IMG/VR virus record: IMGVR_UViG_3300047470_000212
Span: 32,001-96,000 of that record
Origin: a virus
Length of the DNA stretch: 64,000 bases
Reading direction: 5' to 3' (one strand)
The translations under genes were made by a program, and so were the position numbers. Below the pieces are notes generated by a model. It saw only the letters and a program-made list of their open reading frames with translations, did not search any database and had not been told where the DNA came from. Positions 63,781 through 64,000 of the stretch are shown here, piece after piece; within the stretch, counting starts at the first letter, position 1, and every line of letters starts with the position of its first letter.

Positions 63781-64000
63781 TTATGGGTTGGGCAGTGGCT
63801 CTTCGTGCCGCGTCACGCGGTAGTAGTTGGTGGTCTGGAGCCGGAAGCCGGTGTGCTTGGTTCGGCCGGTGTGCTTCATGGCCCAGTCGCGGGCGTCATC
63901 GAGAGAAACGCACCCGGACTGCTCGGGGCAGCTCGTGCAGAACATCTCCTCCATGTCCCGCTCGGCCGCCGGGTCCAGGTCGATCGAGTGCATCACGTAC
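63781..64000 (-). CDS. Small zinc-finger protein (start may lie outside the window)
   Basis: C..C...S.........WA..H.....H..F. Confidence 0.6.
   Translation of the reverse strand, partial: YVMHSIDLDPAAERDMEEMFCTSCPEQSGCVSLDDARDWAMKHTGRTKHTGFRLQTTNYYRVTRHEEPLPNP

Larger units (their letters stand above)
1..64000. mobile_element. Temperate contractile-tailed actinophage/prophage; the window is entirely internal to the element
   Basis: Terminase, portal, capsid, sheath/tube/baseplate, replisome, integrase-type recombinases and WhiB are present; no host housekeeping genes at either edge. Confidence 0.95.

Overview
The whole 64-kb window lies inside one high-GC (roughly 65%) actinobacterial phage or prophage, most likely of Streptomyces (WhiB gene, HrdB-type promoters). 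I see no host genes, tRNAs, rRNA or CRISPR. Almost all genes are on the minus strand. The order, read along the minus strand from right to left, is: early/accessory genes (AcrVA2/FinQ-like protein, HicA-like, KTSC, sigma-region-4 HTH); a recombination cassette (large serine recombinase with an inserted IS5-type DUF4096 domain, and a divergent tyrosine recombinase); terminase, portal, scaffold, N4-gp56-type capsid; a contractile tail (sheath, tube, chaperone with a probable +1 frameshift, tape measure, baseplate, spike-fibre fusion); holin-like genes; a full replisome (initiator with a likely internal origin, DnaC, DnaB, primase, SNF2 helicase, SSB, PolA); and nucleotide-metabolism/recombination genes (NrdJ, RecA, WhiB, Cas4-like, ThyX, dNMP kinase, Endo VII, SpoVS). 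The most striking unexplained signal is the AT-rich heptamer CTTCATA, followed by C or T. By hand count it occurs 27 times, always on the coding strand and always in frame as the rare codons CTT-CAT-A(C/T)N (Leu-His-Thr/Ile). Four copies sit in tiny unannotated ORFs that overlap neighbouring start/stop codons. This suggests a genome-wide, translation-coupled control signal, with orphan RNase-like and AcrVA2-like proteins as candidate readers. A second dispersed element, a 24-bp CAA-N18-TTG palindrome overlapping -35 boxes, looks like a repressor operator. All product calls come from motif recognition by eye, not database searches.
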